DNA from: Escherichia phage vB_Eco_BCPEco_001
Sequence record: PV295200.1
Reading direction: 5' to 3' (one strand)
Length of the DNA stretch: 64,000 bases
Below the pieces are notes generated by a model. That model saw nothing but the letters and a program-made list of their open reading frames with translations. It did no database searches and had not been told where the DNA came from. Of this stretch, positions 10,663-20,366 are shown piece by piece. The position numbers and the translations under genes are program-made. Each line of letters opens with the position of its first letter. The first letter of the stretch is position 1.

Positions 10663-11411
10663 TGATGTTTATCCTTCTCAATCAGTTTTAATACGAATCC
10701 GCGCTCGGCAGGAATCATTTTCATTATTGAATTTAAGCTATAATTACTTTTTACAAGCGTGTGATTAATTTGATAAAAAGTAAATATCTCATCTGGATTA
10801 ACTAATAGCTTAAACACATCTACTATATCAGTGTATTTTTTAATGTACTTATCACAACACGACATGTGCAATGTTAAATTAATAGGATTCATTGCATCGA
10901 GAATTTTTTCTAATGTTTCTATCTCGATGGCGTCAACTAGTTCTATTTGACTGGACTCGCTAATTTCCTTCCAATCATACCATATTTCATCTACTTGAAC
11001 AGAATGAATATTTTCAGTAATCATCTTTGCTTTATTTTCATAAAACTCAGAAGGAAACTTTAATTTAATTTTAACATTAGCTACATCAAAAACAGGTTCC
11101 TTTAGTTCTTTTTGATATATTTCAAATGGAACTGTCTTTTCTTTTTTACATTTTGGACATACAAATGTGACCGGTACTTTAGTTTTACCTATTGAACCTA
11201 CAAATACCTGCAAAAATATAAATGGTTGCCAAGTCTTCGGATAGTCTCCAAAATAATCATCAATTAAATCAGTAATTATTTCTTTTTGTTCTTGTGGTGA
11301 CCGATGTTCTATATCGTTTCGAACTAACAAAAAATCTCGATAATCTTCTACCGTAAATGGTTTAAAACGATGAACACCATCTGGTAATTTACAACGAATA
11401 ATGTTTGCCAT
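10659..11411 (-). CDS. 51: baseplate hub assembly catalyst gp51
   Basis: 250 aa, Cys pairs (CPKCKK, CCDKY), synteny 27-51 divergent from 26. Confidence 0.8.
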   Translation of the reverse strand: MANIIRCKLPDGVHRFKPFTVEDYRDFLLVRNDIEHRSPQEQKEIITDLIDDYFGDYPKTWQPFIFLQVFVGSIGKTKVPVTFVCPKCKKEKTVPFEIYQKELKEPVFDVANVKIKLKFPSEFYENKAKMITENIHSVQVDEIWYDWKEISESSQIELVDAIEIETLEKILDAMNPINLTLHMSCCDKYIKKYTDIVDVFKLLVNPDEIFTFYQINHTLVKSNYSLNSIMKMIPAERGFVLKLIEKDKHQ

Positions 11412-11428
11412 AGATGCTCCTTTTATTC

Positions 11429-11436
11429 TATTTATA
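11429..11436 (-). promoter_or_regulatory. late promoter TATAAATA (gene 51)
   Basis: Exact box on minus strand upstream of gp51 start; part of palindromic TATTTATAAATA. Confidence 0.6.
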
Positions 11437-11440
11437 AATA
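11433..11440 (+). promoter_or_regulatory. late promoter TATAAATA (gene 26)
   Basis: Exact box 21 bp upstream of gp26 ATG. Confidence 0.65.
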
Positions 11441-11461
11441 TGATAAATAAAGGAGCTAAAT

Positions 11462-12088
11462 ATGTATGAATACAAATTTGATGTGAGAGTTGGTTCTAAA
11501 ATAATCAATTGTCGCGCATTCACGCTTAAAGAATATCTAGAACTTATTACTGCCAAAAATAATGGTTCAGTAGAAGTAGTTGTTAAAAAGCTAATCAAAG
11601 ACTGCACAAATGCAAAAGATTTAAACCGCCAAGAATCAGAACTATTGTTGATTCATTTATGGGCACATTCTCTCGGTGAAGTTAATCACGAAAACTCCTG
11701 GAAGTGCACCTGTGGAACTGAAATACCAACCCATATAAATCTATTACATACGCAAATAGATGCACCAGAAGACCTCTGGTATACACTGGGTGACATTAAA
11801 ATTAAGTTCCATTACCCCAAAATTTTTGATGATAAAAATATAGCCCACATGATAGTATCATGTATAGAAACGATTCATGCTAACGGGGAAAGCATTCCAA
11901 TTGAAGACTTGAATGAAAAAGAGTTGGAAGATTTATATTCTATCATCACAGAGTCAGATATTGTAGCTATAAAAGATATGCTTTTAAAGCCTACTGTTTA
12001 TTTGGCTGTTCCAATTAAGTGTCCAGAGTGTGGAAAAACCCATGCTCACGTAATAAGAGGACTCAAAGAATTCTTTGAGCTATTGTAA
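11462..12088 (+). CDS. 26: baseplate hub protein gp26
   Basis: 208 aa, size and position match T4 gp26; late promoter upstream. Confidence 0.8.
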   Translation: MYEYKFDVRVGSKIINCRAFTLKEYLELITAKNNGSVEVVVKKLIKDCTNAKDLNRQESELLLIHLWAHSLGEVNHENSWKCTCGTEIPTHINLLHTQIDAPEDLWYTLGDIKIKFHYPKIFDDKNIAHMIVSCIETIHANGESIPIEDLNEKELEDLYSIITESDIVAIKDMLLKPTVYLAVPIKCPECGKTHAHVIRGLKEFFELL

Positions 12089-12486
12089 TGGCAAATATTA
12101 ATAAGCTTTATTCTGATATTGACCCAGAGATGAAAATGGATTGGAACAAAGACGTTTCAAGATCACTTGGATTAAGGTCAATTAAAAATAGTCTTTTAGG
12201 AATTATTACAACAAGAAAAGGTTCAAGACCGTTTGACCCTGAATTTGGATGCGATTTATCTGACCAACTTTTTGAGAATATGACTCCTCTTACTGCTGAC
12301 ACGGTTGAGCGTAATATCGAAAGCGCAGTAAGAAACTATGAGCCACGTATTGATAAATTAGCAGTTAATGTAATACCGGTTTATGATGATTATACTTTGA
12401 TAGTAGAAATACGCTTTTCAGTCATCGATAACCCTGATGATATTGAGCAGATAAAACTACAACTGGCTTCCAGTAATAGAGTATAA
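12088..12486 (+). CDS. 25: baseplate wedge protein gp25
   Basis: 132 aa, start overlaps gp26 stop (TAATG), size matches T4 gp25. Confidence 0.85.
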   Translation: MANINKLYSDIDPEMKMDWNKDVSRSLGLRSIKNSLLGIITTRKGSRPFDPEFGCDLSDQLFENMTPLTADTVERNIESAVRNYEPRIDKLAVNVIPVYDDYTLIVEIRFSVIDNPDDIEQIKLQLASSNRV

Positions 12487-12512
12487 TGCTTCACGTATAA
12501 ACGTGGTATAAT
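12485..12512 (+). promoter_or_regulatory. MotA-dependent middle promoter (uvsY)
   Basis: MotA box AATGCTTCA centred near -30 and TG-extended -10 TATAAT (12507-12512), 40 bp upstream of uvsY. Confidence 0.65.
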
Positions 12513-12552
12513 GAATCTAAGTCCATCCAATAACAATTGAATAGAGAACAAT

Positions 12553-12966
12553 ATGAGATTAGAAGATCTTCAAGAAGAATTGAAGAAAGATGTGTTTATA
12601 GATTCGACTAAATTACAGTATGAAGCAGCTAATAATGTGATGTTATATAGTAAATGGCTTAATAAGCATTCAAGTATTAAAAAGGAAATGCTTAGAATTG
12701 ATGCACAGAAAAAAGTTGCTCTTAAAGCTAAATTAGACTACTACTCGGGACGAGGAGATGGTGATGAATTTAGTATGGATCGTTACGAGAAATCAGAAAT
12801 GAAGACAGTTCTATCAGCTGATAAGGATGTTTTAAAGGTTGATACCTCGTTACAGTATTGGGGGATTTTATTAGATTTCTGTAGCGGAGCTCTTGATGCT
12901 ATTAAATCACGTGGATTTGCTATTAAGCATATTCAAGACATGCGAGCATTTGAGGCTGGAAAATAA
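12553..12966 (+). CDS. uvsY: recombination mediator UvsY
   Basis: 137 aa, matches T4 UvsY size; MotA-type middle promoter upstream. Confidence 0.9.
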   Translation: MRLEDLQEELKKDVFIDSTKLQYEAANNVMLYSKWLNKHSSIKKEMLRIDAQKKVALKAKLDYYSGRGDGDEFSMDRYEKSEMKTVLSADKDVLKVDTSLQYWGILLDFCSGALDAIKSRGFAIKHIQDMRAFEAGK

Positions 12967-13190
12967 TGAGATATAACATTGATGATGCTTTTAATTATGA
13001 AGAAGAATTTGAAACGGAAATTCAATTCTTAATGAAAAAGCATAATCTTAAGCGTCAGGATATTTGTATCCTGGCCGACCACCCGTGTGGTGAAGATGTC
13101 CTTTATATTAAAGGAAAATTTGCCGGATATCTTGATGAATATTTTTATTCTAAAGATATGGGCATTGATATGCATATGAGAGTTGTATAA
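12966..13190 (+). CDS. hypothetical protein uvsY.-1-like (74 aa)
   Basis: ORF immediately downstream of uvsY, start overlaps uvsY stop. Confidence 0.6.
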   Translation: MRYNIDDAFNYEEEFETEIQFLMKKHNLKRQDICILADHPCGEDVLYIKGKFAGYLDEYFYSKDMGIDMHMRVV

Positions 13191-13218
13191 ATAGATATAT
13201 AATTCAGAGGAGACAATC

Positions 13219-13386
13219 ATGTCAGATAAGATTTGTGTTGTCTGTAAAACTCCAATCGATTCTGCATTGGTTGTTGAAACAGACAAAGGTCCTGTACATC
13301 CTGGGCCTTGCTATAATTACATTAAAGAACTACCAGTTTCAGAAAGTTCGGAAGAACAATTAAATGAAACACAACTTTTGCTATAG
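13219..13386 (+). CDS. hypothetical small Cys-containing protein uvsY.-2-like (55 aa)
   Basis: ATG at 13219 with GAGGAG Shine-Dalgarno; translation MSDKICVVCKTPIDS...PGPCYNY; not in ORF track (below length cutoff). Confidence 0.5.
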   Translation: MSDKICVVCKTPIDSALVVETDKGPVHPGPCYNYIKELPVSESSEEQLNETQLLL

Positions 13387-13441
13387 TGTGACCTTTAGTC
13401 TATAGTTTTGGCCCTTCCTTTTTGGTTGGGCCTTTTTTAAT

Positions 13442-13684
13442 TTAAAAGCTTTCTTCTACTTCATCATCTGAATCTTCTAATTCAGCTCTTTTTCCTGCCA
13501 AAGCATCTCTCACAGAGATGTCATCAGTATCTTTTAATTCAGTTTCTTTGACTCTTTTCTTATAATAAGCTTCAAGTTCTTCTAAACCTTCTAATGTTTG
13601 ACAAGAGGCAATTTTACCCATAAATTCATCAATAGAAGCTTCATAAAGAAATTGTTTAAATTCTAGTAACATCTTTTTCTCCAA
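13442..13684 (-). CDS. uvsW.1: UvsW.1 small acidic protein
   Basis: 80 aa ORF directly downstream of uvsW on same strand, as in T4. Confidence 0.7.
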   Translation of the reverse strand: MEKKMLLEFKQFLYEASIDEFMGKIASCQTLEGLEELEAYYKKRVKETELKDTDDISVRDALAGKRAELEDSDDEVEESF

Positions 13685-13697
13685 AGGGCCGAAGCCC

Positions 13698-15209
13698 TTA
13701 TAAATTAACTGTTTTCATTACGTAATTAAATTTTTCATCTGCGTAGCGCTGAATACGATCAATGCCGTGTTTTAAAAGATAGTTCAAATGAACATATTTC
13801 TTTTTTGTATTAGCAGATTTTGGCTTAACACCGCAATCATCTATGAGGTCCCAGACTGTTGCTATTGTCTTAGAACCATGCTTACGTAATACACGACCGA
13901 TTGTTTGCAATACAATGATTTTTGATTTAACACCGTGCGCTAAAACAACGTGATGCAGATTTTTAACTGAAATACCAGTAGAAAATACACCATAACTAGC
14001 TACTATAATTATTCCTTTACCATTTTCAGCTAAGGTTTTCATTATATTGCGGGTTTCGGTATCAACTTCCCCTGATACGTAATAAACTTTATCGTATTCA
14101 TTTTTAATTAAATCGAAAATAGCTTTACCGTGCGATACATGTTTAAACATGACAAAAGCGTTTTCATCTTTTTGCGCAAGCTTAATAGCTAATTTAGCGA
14201 TCCATTTATTTCTTTTACTAAGCCCAGTAATAATTTTTATTTCTTCTTGGTAAGTTTTTCCCTTTAATTTAGTAGTGAACTCATCGGGATAGCGAAGAAA
14301 AATACTATTAATTTTTAGCTCAGTTACTTGTCCATCTTCCATTAATTTAGAAGTCGTTACTGGCTTAAATATTTCACCAAACATTCCAACATACTGCATG
14401 ATATTGGCTTTGCCATCACGTAATGAACCTGATAGACCAAATTTAAACATACAGTTATTTAATCCTGATATGATAGATGAAATACTTTTTCCTGTAGCAA
14501 GATGGCATTCATCATTCATCATCATTCCAAACTGTGAGAACCATTCTTTTGGTTGTTTAACTACAGTTTGCCATGTACCAACGACGACTGGTGCATCATT
14601 TTTATATTTATCATCTTTTGATGCTCCGCCACCGATTTTCTTTATCATTGCATGACTGAATAAACGATAATCAACAAAGTCATCAGCCATCTGAGTTGTC
14701 AGAGCAGTTGTTGGAACAATGATAAGAATTTTACCTTCATAATTTTCCAAATAATATCGCGCAAGCAAAGCTTGAATTAAAGATTTACCCGCAGATGTTG
14801 GAAGATTAAGAATTCTACGACGATTAACTAATCCTTCGAACACTGCATCTTTTTGATACCAGTGTGGTTCAATTCTTTTATTTCCTGAATAGATTTCTAA
14901 TTTAGAAAGCCATTCATCAAAATCTTTTCTTGATAATTCTTCTTTTTCGTTAATTTGCGGGTCAATCCAGGCTTTATAGCCAAAATTATCACAGAACTTT
15001 TTAATTTGCCCGACTAAGCCGAATGGAAGAAGACGATTATAATCTAAAAGACGGATTCGTCCATCCCAGTTGCCATATCTGAAGCGAGGATTAAACCTAT
15101 ATCCATCAGCTTCAAAGCTAAAGAAATCACGGAGTTCATGAAATGTACTTTCTTCACAATCAATTCTCACGTGACTAAAATCATAAAAATGTACTTTAAT
15201 GTCAGTCAT
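13698..15209 (-). CDS. uvsW: UvsW DNA/RNA helicase
   Basis: 503 aa, SF2 helicase motifs (PTSAGKS Walker A, DECH box), late promoter TATAAATA upstream. Confidence 0.9.
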   Translation of the reverse strand: MTDIKVHFYDFSHVRIDCEESTFHELRDFFSFEADGYRFNPRFRYGNWDGRIRLLDYNRLLPFGLVGQIKKFCDNFGYKAWIDPQINEKEELSRKDFDEWLSKLEIYSGNKRIEPHWYQKDAVFEGLVNRRRILNLPTSAGKSLIQALLARYYLENYEGKILIIVPTTALTTQMADDFVDYRLFSHAMIKKIGGGASKDDKYKNDAPVVVGTWQTVVKQPKEWFSQFGMMMNDECHLATGKSISSIISGLNNCMFKFGLSGSLRDGKANIMQYVGMFGEIFKPVTTSKLMEDGQVTELKINSIFLRYPDEFTTKLKGKTYQEEIKIITGLSKRNKWIAKLAIKLAQKDENAFVMFKHVSHGKAIFDLIKNEYDKVYYVSGEVDTETRNIMKTLAENGKGIIIVASYGVFSTGISVKNLHHVVLAHGVKSKIIVLQTIGRVLRKHGSKTIATVWDLIDDCGVKPKSANTKKKYVHLNYLLKHGIDRIQRYADEKFNYVMKTVNL

Positions 15210-15238
15210 GTCTAAATACCATGTAATAAATATATCTA

Positions 15239-15246
15239 TATTTATA
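15239..15246 (-). promoter_or_regulatory. late promoter TATAAATA (uvsW)
   Basis: Exact box on minus strand 30 bp upstream of uvsW ATG. Confidence 0.7.
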
Positions 15247-15259
15247 CTGAGGAAATATT

Positions 15260-15940
15260 ATGATAGATAAAGATTATATTGCAGAGCTGAAGGCTCTTGA
15301 TGATAACAAAGAAGCTAAAGCTAAATTAGCTGAATATGCTGAACAGTTTGGTATAAAGGTCAAAAAGAATAAATCTTTTGATAATATCGTTGTTGATATT
15401 GAAGAAGCCCTCCAGAAGCTCGCTAGTGAACCTATGCCGGAGACTGATGGGTTATCTATTAAAGACTTAATTGATGCTGCTGATGCTGCAGAGGGGTTAA
15501 AATATGACGATGAAGAAGTCAATCCAGAAGCAGCACTTCTGATTGATTCTCCGGTTAAATCTGACATTAAAATTGAAGTAGTAAAAACGGATAAAATTCC
15601 TGAAAATACCTCAGTTTTGATTGAAGATACTCCTTTTGTTGAAGAAAAATTCGAACAGGCTGTAGCTGAGATTATTGAATCTGAAAAGCCGTCTGTATTT
15701 ACTCTTCCGGAAAACTTTAGCCCAAATCTTCAGCTGATTGGAAAAAATCCAGGATTCTGTACTGTTCCTTGGTGGATTTATCAATGGATTGCTGAAACTC
15801 CGGATTGGAAATCTCACCCAACTAGTTTTGAACATGCGTCAGCACACCAAACTTTATTTAGCTTAATTTATTACATTAACCGTGACGGATCAGTTTTAAT
15901 TCGTGAAACACGCAACTCTTCTTTCGTAACATTAAAATAA
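15260..15940 (+). CDS. inh: Inh, inhibitor of prohead protease gp21
   Basis: 226 aa, size and position next to hoc match T4 inh. Confidence 0.8.
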   Translation: MIDKDYIAELKALDDNKEAKAKLAEYAEQFGIKVKKNKSFDNIVVDIEEALQKLASEPMPETDGLSIKDLIDAADAAEGLKYDDEEVNPEAALLIDSPVKSDIKIEVVKTDKIPENTSVLIEDTPFVEEKFEQAVAEIIESEKPSVFTLPENFSPNLQLIGKNPGFCTVPWWIYQWIAETPDWKSHPTSFEHASAHQTLFSLIYYINRDGSVLIRETRNSSFVTLK

Positions 15941-15949
15941 GGATAACTT

Positions 15950-17370
15950 ATGACTTTTACAGTTGATATAACTCCTAAAACACCGACAGGGGGTTATTGA
16001 TGAAACTAAGCAGTTTACTGCTACACCCAGTGGTGAAACTGGAGGCGGAACTATTACATATGCTTGGACTGTAGATGATGCTCCACAAGATGGAGCTGAA
16101 GCAACTTTTGATTATGTATTAAAAGGACCTGCTGGACAAAAGACTATTAAAGTAGTTGCAACAAATACAGTTCCAGATACTGATGCTGAAACAGCAGAAG
16201 CTACTACAACTATCACAGTTCAAAATAAGACACAAACGACTACCTTAGCTGTAACTCCTAATAGTCCTCCGGAAGGAGTAATCGGAACAGCTGTTGAATT
16301 TACCGCTGCCTTAGATTCGCAGCCACCTGGCGCATCTGCTACGTATCAATGGCACGTTGACGGTTCTCCTGCGGGCGAAGCAACTTCTGCTACATTCAAT
16401 TACACTCCTACCACAAGCGGAGTTAAAACAATTAAGTGTGTGGCTCAAGTAACCGCAACAGATTATGATGCAAAAGAAGTTACTTCTAATGAAGTGTCAC
16501 TGACTGTTAATAAAAAGACACAGACAACTACCTTAGCCGTAACTCCTGATAGTCCTTCAGCTGGAGTAATTGGAACCCCCAGTTCAATTTACTGCTGCCT
16601 TAGCTTCTCAACCAGTTGGAGCGTCTGCTACGTATCAGTGGTATGTAGATGATTCACAAGTTGGTGGAGAAACTAACTCTACATTTAGCTATACTCCAAC
16701 TACAAGTGGAGTAAAAAGAATTAAATGCGTAGCCCAAGTAACTGCTGAAAATTACAATGAAAAGGAAGTTACTTCTAATGAAGTATCATTAACGGTTAAT
16801 AAGAAGACAATGAATCCACAGGTTACATTGACTCCTCCTTCTATTAACGTGCAGCAAGATGCTTTGGCTACATTTACCGCTAATGTCACTGATGCTCCAG
16901 AAGAAGCGCAAATTGCGTATTCATGGAAGAAAGATTCTTCTCCTGTAGAAGGGTCAACTAATGTATATACCGTTGATACCTCATCTATTGGAAGTCAAAC
17001 TATTGAAGTTACTGCAACTGTTACTGCTGCTGATTATGATAGCAAAACTATTACGGCAGAAGGTCAAGTTCAGGTAACTGATAAAGTTGCTCCGGAACCA
17101 GAAGGTGAATTACCTTATGTTCATCCTCTTCCACACCGTAGCTCAGCTTACATCTGGTGTGGTTGGTGGGTTATGGATGAAATCCAAAAAATGACTGAAG
17201 AAGGTAAAGATTGGAAAACTGAAGATCCAGATAGTAAATACTACCTGCATCGTTACACTCTTCAGAAGATGATGAAAGACTATCCAGAAGTTGATGTCCA
17301 AGAATCACGTAATGGATACATCATTCATAAAACTGCTTTAGAAACTGGTATCATCTATACCTATCCATAA
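15950..17370 (+). pseudogene. hoc: hoc (highly immunogenic outer capsid protein) with extra Ig-like domain, interrupted by two +1 frameshifts
   Basis: Start MTFTVDITPKTPTG, C-terminus ...YIWCGWWVMDEIQKMTEEGKDW...GIIYTYP match recalled T4 Hoc; reading frame shifts at G5 run 15989-15993 and C5 run 16576-16580. Confidence 0.8.
16228..16803 (+). repeat. tandem 288-bp imperfect duplication encoding two Ig-like domains within hoc (16228-16515 and 16516-16803)
   Basis: Both copies encode KTQTTTLAVTP...YTPTTSGVK.IKCVAQVTA..Y...EVTSNEVSLTVNKK. Confidence 0.85.
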
Positions 17371-17376
17371 TCGTAA

Positions 17377-17396
17377 GGGGCTTCGGCCCCTTTCTT
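17377..17396 (+). terminator. hairpin terminator after hoc
   Basis: GGGGC-TTCG-GCCCC followed by TTTCTTCATTTT. Confidence 0.6.
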
Positions 17397-17459
17397 CATT
17401 TTGAAAGCATACAAAACACAACTTGAGATTGATGTATATAATGGCACCAACTCGATAAC

Positions 17460-17675
17460 ATGAGATTGATTATGAGAACTGAGGTTGTGGTGTTTACTCT
17501 TCATGAGTCTGGAAAGTCATTCATTGAAATTGCTCGTGAATTAAACTTACAGGCAAAGGAAGTGGCTGTATTATGGGCTCGAGCTATGACTGCTAAGAAT
17601 AAATTTGAAACTCGAGAAAAAGTTGTCTATAGAAAAAGACATATCAATAAAAAGGTGAAAAATGGAACAGTATGA
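17460..17675 (+). CDS. hypothetical protein (24.3-like, 71 aa)
   Basis: ORF between hoc and rnlB, position as T4 24.3. Confidence 0.5.
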   Translation: MRLIMRTEVVVFTLHESGKSFIEIARELNLQAKEVAVLWARAMTAKNKFETREKVVYRKRHINKKVKNGTV

Positions 17676-17940
17676 TCTTTATGAAAATGAATCTTTTGCT
17701 AATCAATTACGCGAAAAAGCATTCAAAAGTAAACAGTTTAAGCTAGAGTGTTTTATTAAAGATTTTTCAGAACTTGCTAATAAAGCAGCTGAACAAGGTA
17801 AAACATATTTTAGTTATTATTGTACTGCTCGCGATAAATTGATTACTGAAGAAATTGGTGATTGGTTGAGAAAAGAAGGATTTAATTTTAAAGTCAATAG
17901 TGATCAGCGTGATGGTGATTGGTTAGAAATTACATTTTGA
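17662..17940 (+). CDS. hypothetical protein (24.2-like, 92 aa)
   Basis: ORF immediately upstream of rnlB, position as T4 24.2. Confidence 0.5.
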   Translation: MEQYDLYENESFANQLREKAFKSKQFKLECFIKDFSELANKAAEQGKTYFSYYCTARDKLITEEIGDWLRKEGFNFKVNSDQRDGDWLEITF

Positions 17941-17949
17941 GGATTAATT

Positions 17950-18954
17950 ATGTTTAAAAAGTATAGCAGTCTTGAAAATCATTACAACTCTAAATTTATT
18001 GAAAAACTTTATAGCTTGGGATTGACTGGTGGGGAGTGGGTAGCTCGTGAAAAGATTCACGGCACAAATTTCTCATTGATTATTGAGCGTGATAAAGTAA
18101 CTTGCGCTAAACGTACTGGACCGATTCTTCCTGCTGAAGATTTCTTTGGGTATGAAATTATTCTAAAGAATTACGAAGATTCTATTAAAGCAGTACAAGA
18201 TATTATGGAAACCTCAGCGGTTGTATCTTATCAAGTCTTTGGCGAATTCGCTGGACCTGGCATTCAGAAGAATGTCGATTATGGCGATAAAGATTTTTAT
18301 GTATTTGACATTATTGTCACTACAGAAAGTGGTGATGTGACTTATGTCGATGATTATATGATGGAATCATTTTGTAATACATTTAAATTTAAAATGGCTC
18401 CACTTTTAGGTCGCGGTAAATTTGAAGAGCTTATTAAATTGCCAAATGATTTAGATTCTGTCGTCCAAGATTATAATTTTACAGTAGACCATGCCGGATT
18501 AGTTGATGCAAATAAATGCATTTGGAATGCCGAAGCAAAAGGCGAAGTATTTACCGCTGAAGGATATGTATTGAAACCTTGTTATCCTTCTTGGCTTCAT
18601 AATGGAAATCGTGTAGCCATCAAATGCAAGAATTCCAAATTTAGTGAAAAGAAAAAGTCTGATAAGCCTATTAAAGCTAAAGTTGAACTATCAGAAGCTG
18701 ATAACAAATTGGTGGGAATTTTAGCTTGCTACGTTACACTGAACCGAGTAAATAACGTTATTTCTAAAATTGGTGAAATTGGTCCGAAGGATTTTGGAAA
18801 GGTGATGGGACTAACTGTTCAAGATATTTTGGAAGAAACTTCTCGTGAAGGTATTACTCTAACTCAAGCAGATAATCCTTCTTTGGTTAAAAAGGAATTA
18901 GTTAAAATGGTACAAGATGTACTTCGTCCGGCTTGGATTGAATTGGTAAGTTAA
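17950..18954 (+). CDS. rnlB: RNA ligase 2
   Basis: 334 aa, nucleotidyltransferase motif I KIHGTN, size identical to T4 Rnl2. Confidence 0.9.
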   Translation: MFKKYSSLENHYNSKFIEKLYSLGLTGGEWVAREKIHGTNFSLIIERDKVTCAKRTGPILPAEDFFGYEIILKNYEDSIKAVQDIMETSAVVSYQVFGEFAGPGIQKNVDYGDKDFYVFDIIVTTESGDVTYVDDYMMESFCNTFKFKMAPLLGRGKFEELIKLPNDLDSVVQDYNFTVDHAGLVDANKCIWNAEAKGEVFTAEGYVLKPCYPSWLHNGNRVAIKCKNSKFSEKKKSDKPIKAKVELSEADNKLVGILACYVTLNRVNNVISKIGEIGPKDFGKVMGLTVQDILEETSREGITLTQADNPSLVKKELVKMVQDVLRPAWIELVS

Positions 18955-18960
18955 ATAAAA

Positions 18961-18985
18961 AGGGACCGAAAGGTCCCTTTGTTTT
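18961..18985. terminator. bidirectional terminator between rnlB and gene 24
   Basis: AGGGACC-GAAA-GGTCCCT flanked by A-run and T-run. Confidence 0.65.
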
Positions 18986-20267
18986 ATTCATCAACGATAA
19001 TTTTTGGTAGCTTAACACCTAATAAAACAGACAAATCTGAACGACCCGCCATTTTATCCATGTCTCCACCATCAATTACTCTTGCTTCTTTTTCATCTTT
19101 TGCTACGGTGTAAGGATTTGCAGATAAAGCATATCTAACTAATAAACCGATAGATGGCTGCAAACTTTCTGGGTCAACTACAACTTTAAATGCACCTACA
19201 TGTTCAGGGTCATCTAAGTCAAGACCTTCTGTATACGGAGCATAGAAAATTGACCCAACAATTTCTTTTTCACCGATATTTTCTACTACGCCAACGATTA
19301 CATAATCTAATGGGCTGTTAGTATCGCAATAAAGCGGTAAACCATTAGCTAAGAACCCGTAGGCATTTTGTGAAAGATACTTATCATCTTCTGGTTTATG
19401 TTTTAACCAACCAGATGCAGCAAGAATCGCAGCGGCACGAGCTGAAGCAACACAGAACGTTGCCGTATAAGTTGATTCTTTTTGGATATGCGAAACCATT
19501 TCACATACCATTCGGTATAATGAACGACCAGCTTCAGGTGCAGATGCATAACTCAAATCAATGAATCCAGTATCAGTAATTCCTGTAACTTTATAACGTT
19601 TTGATACTGTAATCAAAGACTGCAGAATATCTTTATTGATTTCATCTGCCATTTCAGTTGCAAGCAAATCTTCCAAGAAATTAGGAGCATCGAATCCATT
19701 TGCTTCTAAATCTTGCGCTAATTCAACTGTGATACCAGTTTTAAGTTTACGAGATTTAACTGCGGTTTGCCATTTATTAATCTGGAATCTAGCATCCGCA
19801 ATTTCACTATCAGAGCTTTCAAATTTGCTTGTTGACGCTGCGTCAGAAAATAGACGAACCTTTAAAAGAACAATTGCAATCTGAAGAGCTAATTCTAAAT
19901 CGCTTTCTTCAATATCAGCAAATGGTGTATCTTCTAATACTTTATAAACGATATTATTATATTTGAATAAATCGCCCTTATTGAGAGTTAATTTAGACTC
20001 TTCTGTTAATTCTGTGATTTGTTCTCGGTCTACATATCCAGCTTCGCCAGCGTAAGTAGCACCAGTTTTAAATGTAAATTCGTTGTCTGGGTTAAGGTAT
20101 TTGATACCATAAAAAGCAGCAACAGGTTGATTAGTTCTTTGCGTTGCTACAATGTCAGAATATATTAATTTAGTGGTAGCGCGAGTCAAAGCAACGAGAT
20201 TTGGGCGACCGATTGAGTTGCTATTCGTTGTGGTTGATTCGCGCAGAAGTTCGTTGATTTTAGCCAT
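18984..20267 (-). CDS. 24: head vertex protein gp24
   Basis: 427 aa, gp23-like fold paralog, late promoter upstream, synteny next to 23. Confidence 0.9.
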   Translation of the reverse strand: MAKINELLRESTTTNSNSIGRPNLVALTRATTKLIYSDIVATQRTNQPVAAFYGIKYLNPDNEFTFKTGATYAGEAGYVDREQITELTEESKLTLNKGDLFKYNNIVYKVLEDTPFADIEESDLELALQIAIVLLKVRLFSDAASTSKFESSDSEIADARFQINKWQTAVKSRKLKTGITVELAQDLEANGFDAPNFLEDLLATEMADEINKDILQSLITVSKRYKVTGITDTGFIDLSYASAPEAGRSLYRMVCEMVSHIQKESTYTATFCVASARAAAILAASGWLKHKPEDDKYLSQNAYGFLANGLPLYCDTNSPLDYVIVGVVENIGEKEIVGSIFYAPYTEGLDLDDPEHVGAFKVVVDPESLQPSIGLLVRYALSANPYTVAKDEKEARVIDGGDMDKMAGRSDLSVLLGVKLPKIIVDE

Positions 20268-20294
20268 TGTATTTTCCTTGTTGAAATATAATAC

Positions 20295-20302
20295 TATTTA
20301 TA
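20295..20302 (-). promoter_or_regulatory. late promoter TATAAATA (gene 24)
   Basis: Exact box on minus strand 28 bp upstream of gp24 ATG. Confidence 0.75.
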
Positions 20303-20307
20303 AAGTT

Positions 20308-20338
20308 ATTTACAAGACCAAAGTAATATGATATTATA
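20308..20338 (+). promoter_or_regulatory. early-type promoter (segD)
   Basis: ATTTAC -35-like, 18-bp spacer, ATATTA -10-like, upstream of segD ATG 20367. Confidence 0.4.
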
Positions 20339-20366
20339 TTCATATACAAATGGAGTAGTGTTTAAA

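Noticed and set aside
15985-16585. Programmed ribosomal frameshifting in hoc
   Set aside because: There are two independent +1 events in simple G5/C5 runs without slippery heptamers or downstream stimulatory structures; sequencing error or pseudogenisation is more parsimonious.
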